The translations under genes were made by a program, and so were the position numbers. A stretch of DNA of 64,000 nucleotides from Candidatus Omnitrophota bacterium (lineage in GTDB: Bacteria; Omnitrophota; Gorgyraeia; Zapsychrales; Fredricksoniimonadaceae): assembly GCA_044225175.1 (NCBI GenBank), contig JBGAJA010000001.1, positions 678,711-742,710 on the forward strand, written 5' to 3'. Position 1 is the stretch's first letter, and every line of letters begins with the position of its first letter. This document shows positions 41,915 through 51,514 of the stretch, piece by piece. Below the pieces are notes generated by a model. The model was not told the DNA's origin, ran no database searches, and saw nothing but the letters and a program-made list of their open reading frames with translations.

Positions 41915-42400
41915 TTATTGACCTACTGTTTGACTCTGAGCTGATGGATTAGCCACTTCTGTGTTTTCAGTTAGATGAGCAGAAAGGGCCTTCCAAGTTC
42001 TAGGTCCCACTTTTCCATCAGCTTTAAGACCATTTTGAGATTGAAACTCTTCAATAGCCTTTTTAGTTCTAGGCCCTATATTTCCATCAACTTTACCTTT
42101 ATAAACGCCTGCATTCTTCAAGGCTTGTTGGATTTGTTTCGGGGTAGGTTTGTCAGAAATAGGTTCAATTCCTGCTGCCATGTCACCTGTTGTCTGCGGA
42201 AGAGCTTCAGCATTATCAATAACCACTGGGATAGCATTATTTGCTCCTCCCATAGTTGCTTCAGTAACCGAAATCACATTGTCTGATACAACTCCATTAG
42301 TCATATTATCTAGGGCTGCTTCTTCTGTTTGTTTTTTCTTGCATCCCATTAATGTTGTAACCATAAAAACAGCAACCAAAACTAAAACAATATTTTTCAT
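41915..42400 (-). CDS. Lipoprotein with peptidoglycan-binding domain
   Basis: LMGC lipobox; IQQALK..G.Y.GKVDG.IGP.T..AI..FQ...GL.ADG.VGP.TW. Confidence 0.9.
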   Translation of the reverse strand: MKNIVLVLVAVFMVTTLMGCKKKQTEEAALDNMTNGVVSDNVISVTEATMGGANNAIPVVIDNAEALPQTTGDMAAGIEPISDKPTPKQIQQALKNAGVYKGKVDGNIGPRTKKAIEEFQSQNGLKADGKVGPRTWKALSAHLTENTEVANPSAQSQTVGQ

Positions 42401-42476
42401 AAAATTTCCCCAAATAAATTAAAAATGTTTATAAATGCTTTATACAAAATTTATATTACCCCTGTTTTAAACAATG

Positions 42477-43055
42477 TCAATTTTCTTTCTTAAAAATTTC
42501 ACTTTTTTGAATCCAATTTTCTAGACCAAAAAGATACCAAAGATTGGCGGAAATAAGAACCCCCTTGCTTTGTTGTTCCAAAATAAAATCCATAGCTTTT
42601 GAGGGGTCAACTAAAACAACTTCAATATCTTCTCCTGCCTCTAATTCTTGTTTGGGATTTTGATTACTGAGATCATTTTCATCAACTTCTGCACAAACAA
42701 TAAATGCATTGTCATCAATTAAAGAAGCTCCTGTTTTAAGAACGGGACTAACGCTGACAATTTTTCCTGTATAGCCCGTTTCTTCTTTTAACTCTACTAG
42801 AGCATGCAAAGGATCATTAAAACCTAATCCAGCGGGCACTGCTAATATATAACCATTAATAGCTGGCCGATATTGTTTGATTAAAATAATTCGACCGGAA
42901 GGAATTAATTTGGCCAGGACAACAACGCCTACAGAAGATTTTTTTCTTCTTACAAACTCCCAAACAACCTCCCGACCATCTTTAGCCTGACAAATAGCCT
43001 TATGAACAGACAGCCAATTACCATCATAAACCATTGATTCAGAAATTCTTTTCAT
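42477..43055 (-). CDS. NUDIX hydrolase (ADP-ribose pyrophosphatase-like)
   Basis: KQYRP, PAG, ELKEETGY. Confidence 0.8.
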   Translation of the reverse strand: MKRISESMVYDGNWLSVHKAICQAKDGREVVWEFVRRKKSSVGVVVLAKLIPSGRIILIKQYRPAINGYILAVPAGLGFNDPLHALVELKEETGYTGKIVSVSPVLKTGASLIDDNAFIVCAEVDENDLSNQNPKQELEAGEDIEVVLVDPSKAMDFILEQQSKGVLISANLWYLFGLENWIQKSEIFKKEN

Positions 43056-43070
43056 ATTCTTAGATTAGCC

Positions 43071-43109
43071 AAAAAAAGCCCCCGCATTTTTTAACAATTG
43101 CGGGGGCTT
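43071..43109 (-). terminator. Intrinsic terminator
   Basis: AAGCCCCCGCA...TGCGGGGGCTT with a T run on the minus strand. Confidence 0.75.
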
Positions 43110-43130
43110 ATGCAGTCTTTTTCAATAATA

Positions 43131-43397
43131 TTAATATGCAGATCCAGCAGCAGGTGCAGCTTCAGTATTATTTGAAACTGTATTTGTCATTGAATTCATT
43201 TCTTCATCCATTGGAGCTTGAGCATCTTCATTCATCATTTCATCATTCATTGTTTCATCGTTCATTGTTTCATTGTTCAGCATTTCGCTATTCATTTCTT
43301 CATTATCATTCATCATATTAGTTTGAGCTTCTTGAGCAAATGCAGGACAAACAACCAACATAACAACTGCTGCTAAACCTAGTACTAATTTCTTCAT
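43131..43397 (-). CDS. Small exported Met/Asn/acidic pentapeptide-repeat protein
   Basis: Signal peptide AFA-Q; MNSEM LNNET MNDET MNDEM MNED repeats. Confidence 0.7.
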   Translation of the reverse strand: MKKLVLGLAAVVMLVVCPAFAQEAQTNMMNDNEEMNSEMLNNETMNDETMNDEMMNEDAQAPMDEEMNSMTNTVSNNTEAAPAAGSAY

Positions 43398-43422
43398 AAC
43401 TCTCTCCTTTAATTTTGAATCG

Positions 43423-43659
43423 TTATTGACAACCTTGTAAAATTAATCGTTCTGCCATAAGCCAATCTTCTACATCGCCTCCTGGCGCACATCCACGTTC
43501 TAAATACAACTCATAAGCTTTAAAACGGATAGCCTCTTGAATATCACTAGTATCTAGAAGAGATGTTGTTCTGTTTTCTTTCTCGTTTTTAACAATGGCC
43601 TTAACCACTGATTTTCGGCTTGTTGCTCGTGGTTTCTTAGCACCGTTTTCCATCTTCAT
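43423..43659 (-). CDS. DUF2934-family protein
   Basis: IRFKAYELYLERG..PG.DVEDWLMAE; start moved to ATG 43659 after an AGGAG SD. Confidence 0.8.
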   Translation of the reverse strand: MKMENGAKKPRATSRKSVVKAIVKNEKENRTTSLLDTSDIQEAIRFKAYELYLERGCAPGGDVEDWLMAERLILQGCQ

Positions 43660-43745
43660 AGCCATCTCCTTTGGATAATAAAAACAATCAATTATCCTAT
43701 CTTTTATTGATGTGTCAATAAACTTTTTTACACAAACTTTTAGTT

Positions 43746-44954
43746 CTATTCGCTGTAATTTAAATCTATTCCATGCGTTTCTTTTAGGCCCATTAAAGCC
43801 CAAAAAGAAAGCCCAACACATACTAAGGCTAACATACCTCCTGCATTAATAATACCAAATGAATCCTTTAAAAACTGAAAGCTTAACGTTAAAGGAACCA
43901 CAGCGCCTCTGACAAAATTAGGGACTGTTGTTGCGACCGTTGAACGAATATTAGTCCCAAATTGTTCCGCTGCAACTGTCACAAAAACAGCCCAATAGCC
44001 GCTAGCAAGGCCTAATCCAAAACACAATAAATAGAAGACTCCTAAGCTTTGATTAGGAAAAAACAAATAAAGGCCCATAAACAAACCATTGAGTCCCATA
44101 AAAGCAGCAATTGCTTTTTTACGACTTTCCCATATTTGAGAAAGAGAGCCGCTCATTAGTCCTCCTAAAGATAAACCAATATAAGTAAACATAATGGCTT
44201 TTCCAGCTGATGGGATTTCATTCATATTCAAAGCTTTACCGAATTCAGGAGAAAATGTGATTAAAATACCTACAACAAACCATAATGGTATTCCAATAAG
44301 GATGCAACGAATATATTTAAGGATGGTGGCCCAAGACTTAAAGATAGTTTTTAAATTTCCACGATGAACTTCACTCTTTTTCATTTGAACAAACATTCCT
44401 GATTCACTGGCTTTGATACGTAAAAGCAAGAGCCCTATACCCATAAACCCACCAATAAAATAGGCTATTCTCCAATCAAATAAATCACCAATCAAAGCAG
44501 CCACAATTGCTCCTAAAATGCCTACGGCTGAAACAATCATCGTCCCATAGGCACGCGTTTCTTTAGGCATAATTTCTGCAACCAGCGTAATTCCTGCCCC
44601 CAACTCTCCAGCTAAGCCTATTCCTGCAATAAAACGTAAAACCGCATACGATCCAACATCATGAACAAAGCCGTTAGCTATGTTAGCAAAAGAATATAAA
44701 GCAATTGAACCTAATAATACAGAAAGGCGCCCACGTTTATCACCTAATATTCCCCATAGAATGCCCCCTAGTAACATTCCCCCCATCTGCATATTTAATA
44801 ACAACACACCTTGAGAAAGCAGATCTACATCAGCGACCCCAATATCTTTGAGACTTTCAACTCTCACAATACTAAACAAGATTAAATCATAGATATCTAC
44901 AAAATATCCTAATGCAGCTAATAAAATGGATGAATTGATGAGCTGTTTCTTCAT
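43746..44954 (-). CDS. MFS transporter
   Basis: About 12 TM; GILGDKRGR motif A, GLAGELG, EQFGTNIR. Confidence 0.9.
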   Translation of the reverse strand: MKKQLINSSILLAALGYFVDIYDLILFSIVRVESLKDIGVADVDLLSQGVLLLNMQMGGMLLGGILWGILGDKRGRLSVLLGSIALYSFANIANGFVHDVGSYAVLRFIAGIGLAGELGAGITLVAEIMPKETRAYGTMIVSAVGILGAIVAALIGDLFDWRIAYFIGGFMGIGLLLLRIKASESGMFVQMKKSEVHRGNLKTIFKSWATILKYIRCILIGIPLWFVVGILITFSPEFGKALNMNEIPSAGKAIMFTYIGLSLGGLMSGSLSQIWESRKKAIAAFMGLNGLFMGLYLFFPNQSLGVFYLLCFGLGLASGYWAVFVTVAAEQFGTNIRSTVATTVPNFVRGAVVPLTLSFQFLKDSFGIINAGGMLALVCVGLSFWALMGLKETHGIDLNYSE

Positions 44955-45013
44955 ATCTTATTTCGATTTACACACCAAAGCACTTTGTAATAGTAACAAT
45001 AGGAACTAAATGT

Positions 45014-45690
45014 TTATTGCGTGATACTTGTTCCAAAGAAAGCTCCAACTGCAGCCGTCATTCCCATAGCGAGCGCTCCCCAGAATGTTACTCGAAACGC
45101 TGCTTTAAGAATAGGCGCCCCTCCGCCAAGCGCTGCTAACACTCCTAACCCAGCTAGAAAAACAATCGATGATAAGAACACACTCGGAATCATAATACTT
45201 TGAGGAGCAATCAGATGCCAAAACTTGCCGCAGATGCTAAAGCCGCTTGAACAGGACGAGCTCGTAGTTTCACAGAAATGCCTAGCTCATCGCGGGCATG
45301 AGCGGCCAATGCATCATGGGCCATTAATTGCTCAGCGACTTTTTTAGCAAGAGCAGGATCAAGGCCGCGTTCAACATAGATCGAAGCAAGTTCCTTATGT
45401 TCTTTTTCATTATCTTGTGCGAGCTCTTTACGTTCACGAGCTAAATCTGCCTTCTCTGTATCAGACTGAGAACTCACAGATACATATTCTCCAGCGGCCA
45501 TTGACATAGCTCCAGCCACCATCCCAGCAATACCAGCAAGTAAAATGGATTCTCTAGAAGCATGAGCGGAGGCGACCCCTACGACTAGACTTGCTGTTGA
45601 TAATATTCCATCATTAGCACCTAATACTGAAGCACGCAGCCACCCCATTCGCTGAGTATGATGTTTTTCTTTCTTAGGTTCTTCAGCCAT
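45014..45690 (-). pseudogene. VIT1/CCC1-family iron/manganese transporter, disrupted
   Basis: LRASVLGANDG, MSMAAGEYVSVSSQ; stops at SFGI while the rest (LIAPQ..., SIVFLAGLG...RVTFWGALAM...TSITQ*) continues in other frames to 45014. Confidence 0.8.
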
Positions 45691-45698
45691 CAGAATCC

Positions 45699-46049
45699 TT
45701 AATTATTTTTAAAAAATTTCTCAATCGTTAATTTATGGTCACCCTGAATCTCAACAACTCCCAGACCTTCGGATAGATAAAAAGTCCCTCCGCTGCCTGT
45801 TTTCATCTTTAGTTGTTTAGCCAAATCCTTTAAATAAGATTCAGTACGAGGCAATCCTTTAATTAAAGTAACAATCTTACCCTTACGACCTGATTTATCC
45901 AAAGTGACTTTGGGATTTAATTTAGGTGTTTTTATTTTAGGAGGCTCAGGGGTAGGACAAAGGCATTCTTTGATAATCTTTTTACACTTAGGACATAACG
46001 GATTCCCATCTCCATCTTTAGGATAAACAAAATCAGGTATAAAAATCAT
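45699..46049 (-). CDS. yciH: Translation initiation factor SUI1/YciH family
   Basis: CPKC..ECLC then GRKGKIVTLI.G, GSGGT, IQGDH. Confidence 0.85.
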   Translation of the reverse strand: MIFIPDFVYPKDGDGNPLCPKCKKIIKECLCPTPEPPKIKTPKLNPKVTLDKSGRKGKIVTLIKGLPRTESYLKDLAKQLKMKTGSGGTFYLSEGLGVVEIQGDHKLTIEKFFKNN

Positions 46050-46051
46050 AA

Positions 46052-46702
46052 CTATTTATTTCTCCCGGAAGCATTCTTCAGCTCTTCAAGATCTTTATCA
46101 GGAACCCTAGCACCCAAAGCAGTCCCCTTCTCTACATCAGACCAAGCCTGATCATATTTACCCATTTTTCCGTATGTCAAACCGCGATTACTATAAGCTT
46201 CTCCATAGCCAGGGTTCATTTCAATAGCACTATTAAAATCCGCGATTCCCTTCTCATATTGATTGGTCAATGAGTACATGATTCCACGATTGTTATAAAG
46301 CACACTGCTAGGACTAATTGCAAGAGCTTTATTTAAATCTAAAATTGTTAAATCAATTTTACCCTGTTTAAAATAAATAAATCCGCGACTGCTATAAAAA
46401 TTTACGTTTTGGGGATCCAAGAGAATAGATTTATCAAGGTCAGTAAGGGCCAAATCTAATTTACCCTGAAGAGCATAAAGCAATCCTCGATTACTAAAAG
46501 CCACAGCAAATTTGGGATTAAGCTCAATTGCTTTATTCAAATATACCAATGCTTGATCAAACTGCCCATTATTTCCAAACTTAGCTGCGGTATTTAGAGC
46601 TTCTTGTGCCGCATCAACAGCAAAAACATTCTTAGAAAATAAACAAACAGATAATATTACAAGAACAAGGATCTTTCTTAAAAGCTTTTGATTAACTCTC
46701 AT
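46052..46702 (-). CDS. Exported TPR-repeat protein
   Basis: Signal peptide, about 4 TPRs (AIELNPKFAVAFSNRG). Confidence 0.9.
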   Translation of the reverse strand: MRVNQKLLRKILVLVILSVCLFSKNVFAVDAAQEALNTAAKFGNNGQFDQALVYLNKAIELNPKFAVAFSNRGLLYALQGKLDLALTDLDKSILLDPQNVNFYSSRGFIYFKQGKIDLTILDLNKALAISPSSVLYNNRGIMYSLTNQYEKGIADFNSAIEMNPGYGEAYSNRGLTYGKMGKYDQAWSDVEKGTALGARVPDKDLEELKNASGRNK

Positions 46703-46731
46703 CTCTCCCCCTAATAATATATACCTTCAGA

Positions 46732-47115
46732 TTAAGATTTAAAAACCCACCATTTAAAACATATGTAACTAAACAACCCCGTAGCTACTGTTGCAAGAAT
46801 TAAAGCTAAAAGAATACCTTTAGGATATGTATTTAAAATACCTTGATTGATTAAAACATTAATACCTAAGGCTAACATATTAATAAACCAGTAACGACCT
46901 ATTTCTGCGAAAGAAGTCTTCTTATGTTTAAATGTCCAGTATTTATTGACCAAATAACCCAAGATACCTGCACATGTAAAAGAGATTCCTTTGGATACTC
47001 CATAGGAGAGAAAGTGAAATAATAAATAATAAATACTAAAATCTGTCAAAGTCACAAGAGTACCTGCGCCTAAAAAACGAACAATCTCTTTTCTCTGATT
47101 CATATTGCTTCTCAA
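46732..47115 (-). CDS. GtrA-family membrane protein
   Basis: RFLGAG, NKYWTF, KWWVF; 4 TM. Confidence 0.88.
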   Translation of the reverse strand: MRSNMNQRKEIVRFLGAGTLVTLTDFSIYYLLFHFLSYGVSKGISFTCAGILGYLVNKYWTFKHKKTSFAEIGRYWFINMLALGINVLINQGILNTYPKGILLALILATVATGLFSYICFKWWVFKS

Positions 47116-47130
47116 ATGACTCTCCAGTTA

Positions 47131-48147
47131 TCAAAGGTCCTTCATCACCATTGTCTTTAAACATTCCACCCATGCCGAATTGATATTTAAACTCTCAACT
47201 AAATCCCACTCTTGACCACCGGCATCAATAAAAAGCTTCTTATATTCCATTCCTATTTCTACAGTGGTTTCTAAACAATCAGCAACAAATGATGGAGAAA
47301 AAACTAGAATTTTTTTATAACCCTTTTGAATAAATTCCGTGATCTTATGGTCCGTGTAAGGTTTAATCCATGGTTCTTTACCCAGTCGAGACTGAAAACA
47401 TATTGTGTAGTCTTTCTCATCTATTCTTAGTGCTTTGGCTAAAAGACGGGTTGTTTGAAAACATTGAGCGCGATAACAATATGGATTTTTGGAATGATAC
47501 ACTGAGCAACAATCTCCTAAACGGCAGTAATTGTTGCACGAACCTTTAAGGATTTGACGCTCAGGAAGACCATGGTAGGAAAAAACAAAGTGATCATACT
47601 GAGTTTTAGCCATATATTCCCTGCCGATTTTGGCAAAAGCATTGATAAACTCGGGATGTTCTAAGAATTGGCTGATGATTTTGACAGATGGAATGATTTG
47701 CCAAGTTTTAATTTGTTTAAAGAATTCTTCCATACTTGAGCCAGTACTTGCTGATGCATATTGGGGATAAAGAGGAATTACAATCATGCGCTTGATCCCT
47801 TTGTCCTTGAACTGATTTAATGCCTCTTTGATGGAAGGATTTTGATAACGCATGCCAAGAACTACATTATAGTCTTTGCCTAAAGCTTGCTGCAAAAGGG
47901 TTACTATCTTTTCACTGTATACCTTCAACGGAGACCCTTCCTTCGTCCAGACTTCATGATATCCTTTTGCAGATTGAGGCGCACGAAAAGGAGCAATAAT
48001 TAAATTAACTAATAACCAACGCCGCCAAAAAGGAATATCAATGACCCTGCCATCCATTAAGAATTCTCTTAAATATTTACGCACATCAGAGACTGATGAA
48101 CTATCAGGGGTACCTAAATTGATAAGCAAGACTGCAGTTTGTGACAT
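47131..48147 (-). CDS. hemH: Ferrochelatase
   Basis: LINLGTP, YLREFL.D.RV, PLYPQY, SYHGLP, FQSRLG..PW..PYT, FVADCLET. Confidence 0.95.
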   Translation of the reverse strand: MSQTAVLLINLGTPDSSSVSDVRKYLREFLMDGRVIDIPFWRRWLLVNLIIAPFRAPQSAKGYHEVWTKEGSPLKVYSEKIVTLLQQALGKDYNVVLGMRYQNPSIKEALNQFKDKGIKRMIVIPLYPQYASASTGSSMEEFFKQIKTWQIIPSVKIISQFLEHPEFINAFAKIGREYMAKTQYDHFVFSYHGLPERQILKGSCNNYCRLGDCCSVYHSKNPYCYRAQCFQTTRLLAKALRIDEKDYTICFQSRLGKEPWIKPYTDHKITEFIQKGYKKILVFSPSFVADCLETTVEIGMEYKKLFIDAGGQEWDLVESLNINSAWVECLKTMVMKDL

Positions 48148-48249
48148 ATTTGTTTATTCTACTTTAACTTAAGTGATAAGCAATTAACTTCAATTCTTTT
48201 TGTCTAGAGAGAATGGCCGTTTAAACTATTTTTTCTAGTTAACTAAAAA

Positions 48250-49188
48250 TTAATGAGGAATTTTTTCTATTGTGGGAACGATGATTTTAATACCAGCAGG
48301 AATAACTTTTGCATGAAGAGGCATCTGGCTAGAAACTTCTCCATCACATTGGACAACTTGTTTGGGAGTTGAAGATACCTGTATGTCCTTTCCTTGCCAA
48401 TGCTGGACTAACTCCACATTATTGCTACGTTTTCTACTAATCAAAGTTGCGATAATGTGGGCAAACAGGCTAACATCCACTTTACGTACGACAATCACAT
48501 CTAATAATCCGTCATCGACCCGGATATCATCATCCAATGATAAGTCTGAGAATCCTACATTGCCTGAATTTGCAACAATGCACGTGACTCCTTTAGATTC
48601 GTGCTCTTTTCCATCAATTTTAAGATGATATTTAACTTCTTTAATTTTTCTAAAGGCCTTTACAGATGAAATGACATACGCAAGACGGCCAAATCTATTT
48701 TTAATTTCACGATCTGCATCCTTGACCATTTGAGCTTCGAATCCTAAGCCTAAGCGTAAAATAAAATAGTTCTTATTAAATTGCCCTACATCAACCGTTC
48801 TAATACATGAATCATTAAAAATGAGCTCACAAGCTTGTTTCAAATCCTTTGGAATATTTAACTCCGTTGCCAATACATTTGCTGTCCCTCCAGGTAAAAT
48901 AGCTAATGGAATATCTGAACCTATCATTCCACTAATTGCTTCCATAACCGTTCCATCACCCCCATACACGGCAATTGCATCCACTTGATTGGTAATAGCT
49001 TCTTTAGCAAACCTCGACGCATCATGAGGCTTTTTAGTGATAAATACATCCCATTTAATACCCGCCTCATTCAAGACCAAGTTAACGATAGGCAAAATGG
49101 GCTCTATTTTGCCTGATGCAGGATTAATAATGATGTGAATTTTCTTAACCTTTTTGAGGGGGATATTTGCCATGCCAATACCTTTCAA
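48250..49188 (-). CDS. Diacylglycerol/lipid kinase family protein
   Basis: NPASG, GGDGT, LPGGTAN, DDGLLDV, DGE; true start probably MANIP. Confidence 0.9.
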   Translation of the reverse strand: MKGIGMANIPLKKVKKIHIIINPASGKIEPILPIVNLVLNEAGIKWDVFITKKPHDASRFAKEAITNQVDAIAVYGGDGTVMEAISGMIGSDIPLAILPGGTANVLATELNIPKDLKQACELIFNDSCIRTVDVGQFNKNYFILRLGLGFEAQMVKDADREIKNRFGRLAYVISSVKAFRKIKEVKYHLKIDGKEHESKGVTCIVANSGNVGFSDLSLDDDIRVDDGLLDVIVVRKVDVSLFAHIIATLISRKRSNNVELVQHWQGKDIQVSSTPKQVVQCDGEVSSQMPLHAKVIPAGIKIIVPTIEKIPH

Positions 49189-49612
49189 ACGCGTAGATAC
49201 GGTTTCTAATATACCAAATTCTTGGATCTGCTACTTTGCGAGCTTTCATAAGCAGATCAATTGCTTCATTAGATGTGTGACCCAGCGCAATTAAAATGCA
49301 AGCTGACATTGCAACACTGCGGCGTCTGCCTTGCATACAGAAGACCAACACCTTTCCTTTATTTTGTATCACAGGCAAAGCCGCTACAACGCCCTGTTCC
49401 AGCTTCTTGATAGCAATAGGAAAGAAAATAGAATCATACGTTTTAATCCATAGTGTTTTAAAAGGTGGTAGAGTATAAATTTCTTCAGGTGCTAATTGAG
49501 CAATCATGGATATGATCAAATCAAATTTCAAAAGTTTCAAATCATCGACATGTTCCTTGCCGATCTTTGAACCCACATAAAGAAATTCAGTAATTTTAGA
49601 AATGTCGGTCAT
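49145..49612 (-). CDS. Dual-specificity protein phosphatase
   Basis: ITEFLYVG, VLVFCMQGRRRS CX5R. Confidence 0.85.
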   Translation of the reverse strand: MTDISKITEFLYVGSKIGKEHVDDLKLLKFDLIISMIAQLAPEEIYTLPPFKTLWIKTYDSIFFPIAIKKLEQGVVAALPVIQNKGKVLVFCMQGRRRSVAMSACILIALGHTSNEAIDLLMKARKVADPRIWYIRNRIYAFERYWHGKYPPQKG

Positions 49613-49677
49613 AGATGCGGATATTATAATAACTAATCATTAAGCCAGGATTAAAAATTCTTCACGAATTACTTGAA

Positions 49678-49695
49678 ACTATACATATGTATAGT
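49678..49695. promoter_or_regulatory. 18-bp perfect palindrome in the lexA promoter (candidate LexA operator)
   Basis: ACTATACAT-ATGTATAGT between TTGAAA (-35) and TAATAT (-10). Confidence 0.65.
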
Positions 49696-49707
49696 AATAT
49701 CTGTTTT

Positions 49708-50310
49708 ATGAATACATTTAAAAACTTAACCCAAAAACAGCAAGAAATCCTTACCTTTATCTATGAGGAAATTAAACATAGCCAACTTCCTCCGAGTATT
49801 AGAGAAATTGCTCAACATTTTAAATTCTCTTCTCCACGATCAGCTCAAGATCATCTTAAAGCATTGGTCAAAAAAGGATTCATTAGAATTTCAGAAAAAA
49901 AGTCTCGTGCTATAGAAATTATTCGTGAAAATCTGTTTTCCATTCCCATATTAGGTACAGTGCAAGCTGGACTTCCTACCTTAGCTGTTGAAAATATTGA
50001 TGAATACGTCAACTTAGACCAATTAGTGTTCTCGAGCAATAACATATATGGTTTACGTGTTAAAGGTGACAGCATGATCAATGCAGGAGTAATACCAGGA
50101 GATTTAGTGGTTGTGAAACAGCAATCCAGTGCCGAGGTTGGGCAAATGGTTGTGGCACTCATTGGTGAAGAAGCTACTATTAAGAATCTCATCAAAAAAG
50201 GCAATGAATACTTTCTTGAACCTGCTAATCCTCAATACACACCTATTCTTCTGACGGAAGATGTGACAATTATCGGTGTCGTTTTGACTGTTATTAGAAA
50301 TCTTAGATAG
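49708..50310 (+). CDS. lexA: LexA repressor
   Basis: LT.KQ.EIL, PPSIREI, AG cleavage site (VQAGLP), GDSM Ser, TIK Lys; start at ATG 49708. Confidence 0.93.
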   Translation: MNTFKNLTQKQQEILTFIYEEIKHSQLPPSIREIAQHFKFSSPRSAQDHLKALVKKGFIRISEKKSRAIEIIRENLFSIPILGTVQAGLPTLAVENIDEYVNLDQLVFSSNNIYGLRVKGDSMINAGVIPGDLVVVKQQSSAEVGQMVVALIGEEATIKNLIKKGNEYFLEPANPQYTPILLTEDVTIIGVVLTVIRNLR

Positions 50311-50422
50311 TCCAGACCTCAAATATACTAATTGGATATTACTTAACCCATTTGGATTAAAAAAGTATAAAAATAAAAAGAACCAACAGAAAAGCCTCCA
50401 ACTATACCGAATTAGATAATAT

Positions 50423-50575
50423 TTGACAAAAATAGCTCAATTAATTAAATTGGTAATGCTCACGAACACCGATGTTTGTGATCCGCCTGAACGAGGTGTT
50501 CTAGCGAGCAATGATGCCTCAACATGTCACCCATGTTGATTTTTTTATTTAACCCACCTTAAAAGGAGGCATCAT
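50423..50575 (+). promoter_or_regulatory. Promoter + structured leader (ANTAR-like hairpins, terminator, anti-SD)
   Basis: TTGACA-17-TAAATT; CACGAAC-ACCGAT-GTTTGTG; GC-AATGAT-GC; TCAACATG/CATGTTGA + T run; ATGATGCCTC complementary to GAGGCATCAT. Confidence 0.6.
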
Positions 50576-51446
50576 GAAAGTAGCTGTAAAAGCAATCCCA
50601 GTAATCCTGTTTTTAACTGTATTTTGTAACCTAGCTTATGCTGAGGACTATACCCAATATGCTCAAGCTAACCAAGCTCTGGATGAACTTCAAAACATAA
50701 GTAATCCAGATAATCAAGCTGTTGCAACAACTGAAATACCCGCTGAGGAAACTCCCAAGTCCATTTTTGGAGATGAATTAAAAAGCCTTGGCATTACTGG
50801 AAGTGTCACGATGGATTATTACAACCGCTACGTTTGGCGCGGGCAGTATTTGGATCGAGATGAAGTTCTTCAACCAGGAGTAAGCTTGTCTGCCAAAGGA
50901 TTCACGGTTGGCTATTGGGGTAATTGGGATTTAGAAAATAGTGATGCGTTAATGTCTGACGAAAGTGACTACTACGTCTCTTATGCCTACACCTTTGATA
51001 AACTTACTTTGACCGGTGGTCATACGTGGTATGGCTTCCGTGAAACCCATACATCTTCTAAAGAATTCTTTGTCAGCTTAGGCGTTGCTGTTCCCCTATC
51101 TCCTGTATTTTCCTTCTATCGTGACTATGAAGATGGTAAAGATTTAAATACAGACGGTTCAGGAAACTATTATTCTCTGAGCTTAAGTCAAAGCATTATG
51201 ATAGAGAAAAAATATGGAATCAGCCTGGAACTAGGAAGCACCTTCGGCTATATCGATGGCCAATGGTTATCAGGGACTGGCGAACACATCACTCCAACAG
51301 CTGGAATCAAGATTCCATTAACCAGCAATGTAGCCATCATTCCCAATGTAGGTTACAACGTCACCTTTGGTGATTTAAAAGATCCCAATATTGGAAACCA
51401 AGAAAAGAAATTTTTCTACGGCGTTAAATCAAGTTTTACTTTCTAA
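50574..51446 (+). CDS. Outer-membrane beta-barrel protein (TorF/TIGR02001-like)
   Basis: Signal peptide, YVWRG, LQPG, ESDY...Y, C-terminal FTF. Confidence 0.7.
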   Translation: MKVAVKAIPVILFLTVFCNLAYAEDYTQYAQANQALDELQNISNPDNQAVATTEIPAEETPKSIFGDELKSLGITGSVTMDYYNRYVWRGQYLDRDEVLQPGVSLSAKGFTVGYWGNWDLENSDALMSDESDYYVSYAYTFDKLTLTGGHTWYGFRETHTSSKEFFVSLGVAVPLSPVFSFYRDYEDGKDLNTDGSGNYYSLSLSQSIMIEKKYGISLELGSTFGYIDGQWLSGTGEHITPTAGIKIPLTSNVAIIPNVGYNVTFGDLKDPNIGNQEKKFFYGVKSSFTF

Positions 51447-51464
51447 ACGCCTTCTCTTACAAAC

Positions 51465-51500
51465 AAAAAGCCCTGTAACAGTAATGATACAGGGCTTTTT
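51465..51500. terminator. Bidirectional intrinsic terminator
   Basis: AAAAAGCCCTGTA...TACAGGGCTTTTT between convergent genes. Confidence 0.85.
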
Positions 51501-51514
51501 ACTTATACGACCGA

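Noticed and set aside
43660-43821. Long N-terminal extension of the DUF2934 ORF
   Set aside because: Overlaps the MFS gene end and intergenic DNA; the SD supports a start at 43659.
49687-49707. lexA start at ATG 49687
   Set aside because: That ATG lies inside the promoter palindrome; LexA homology begins at ATG 49708.
50452-50545. Fluoride or ZTP riboswitch upstream of the porin gene
   Set aside because: Only fragments resemble them (GCAATGATGCC, CGCCTG); the required pseudoknot partners are absent.
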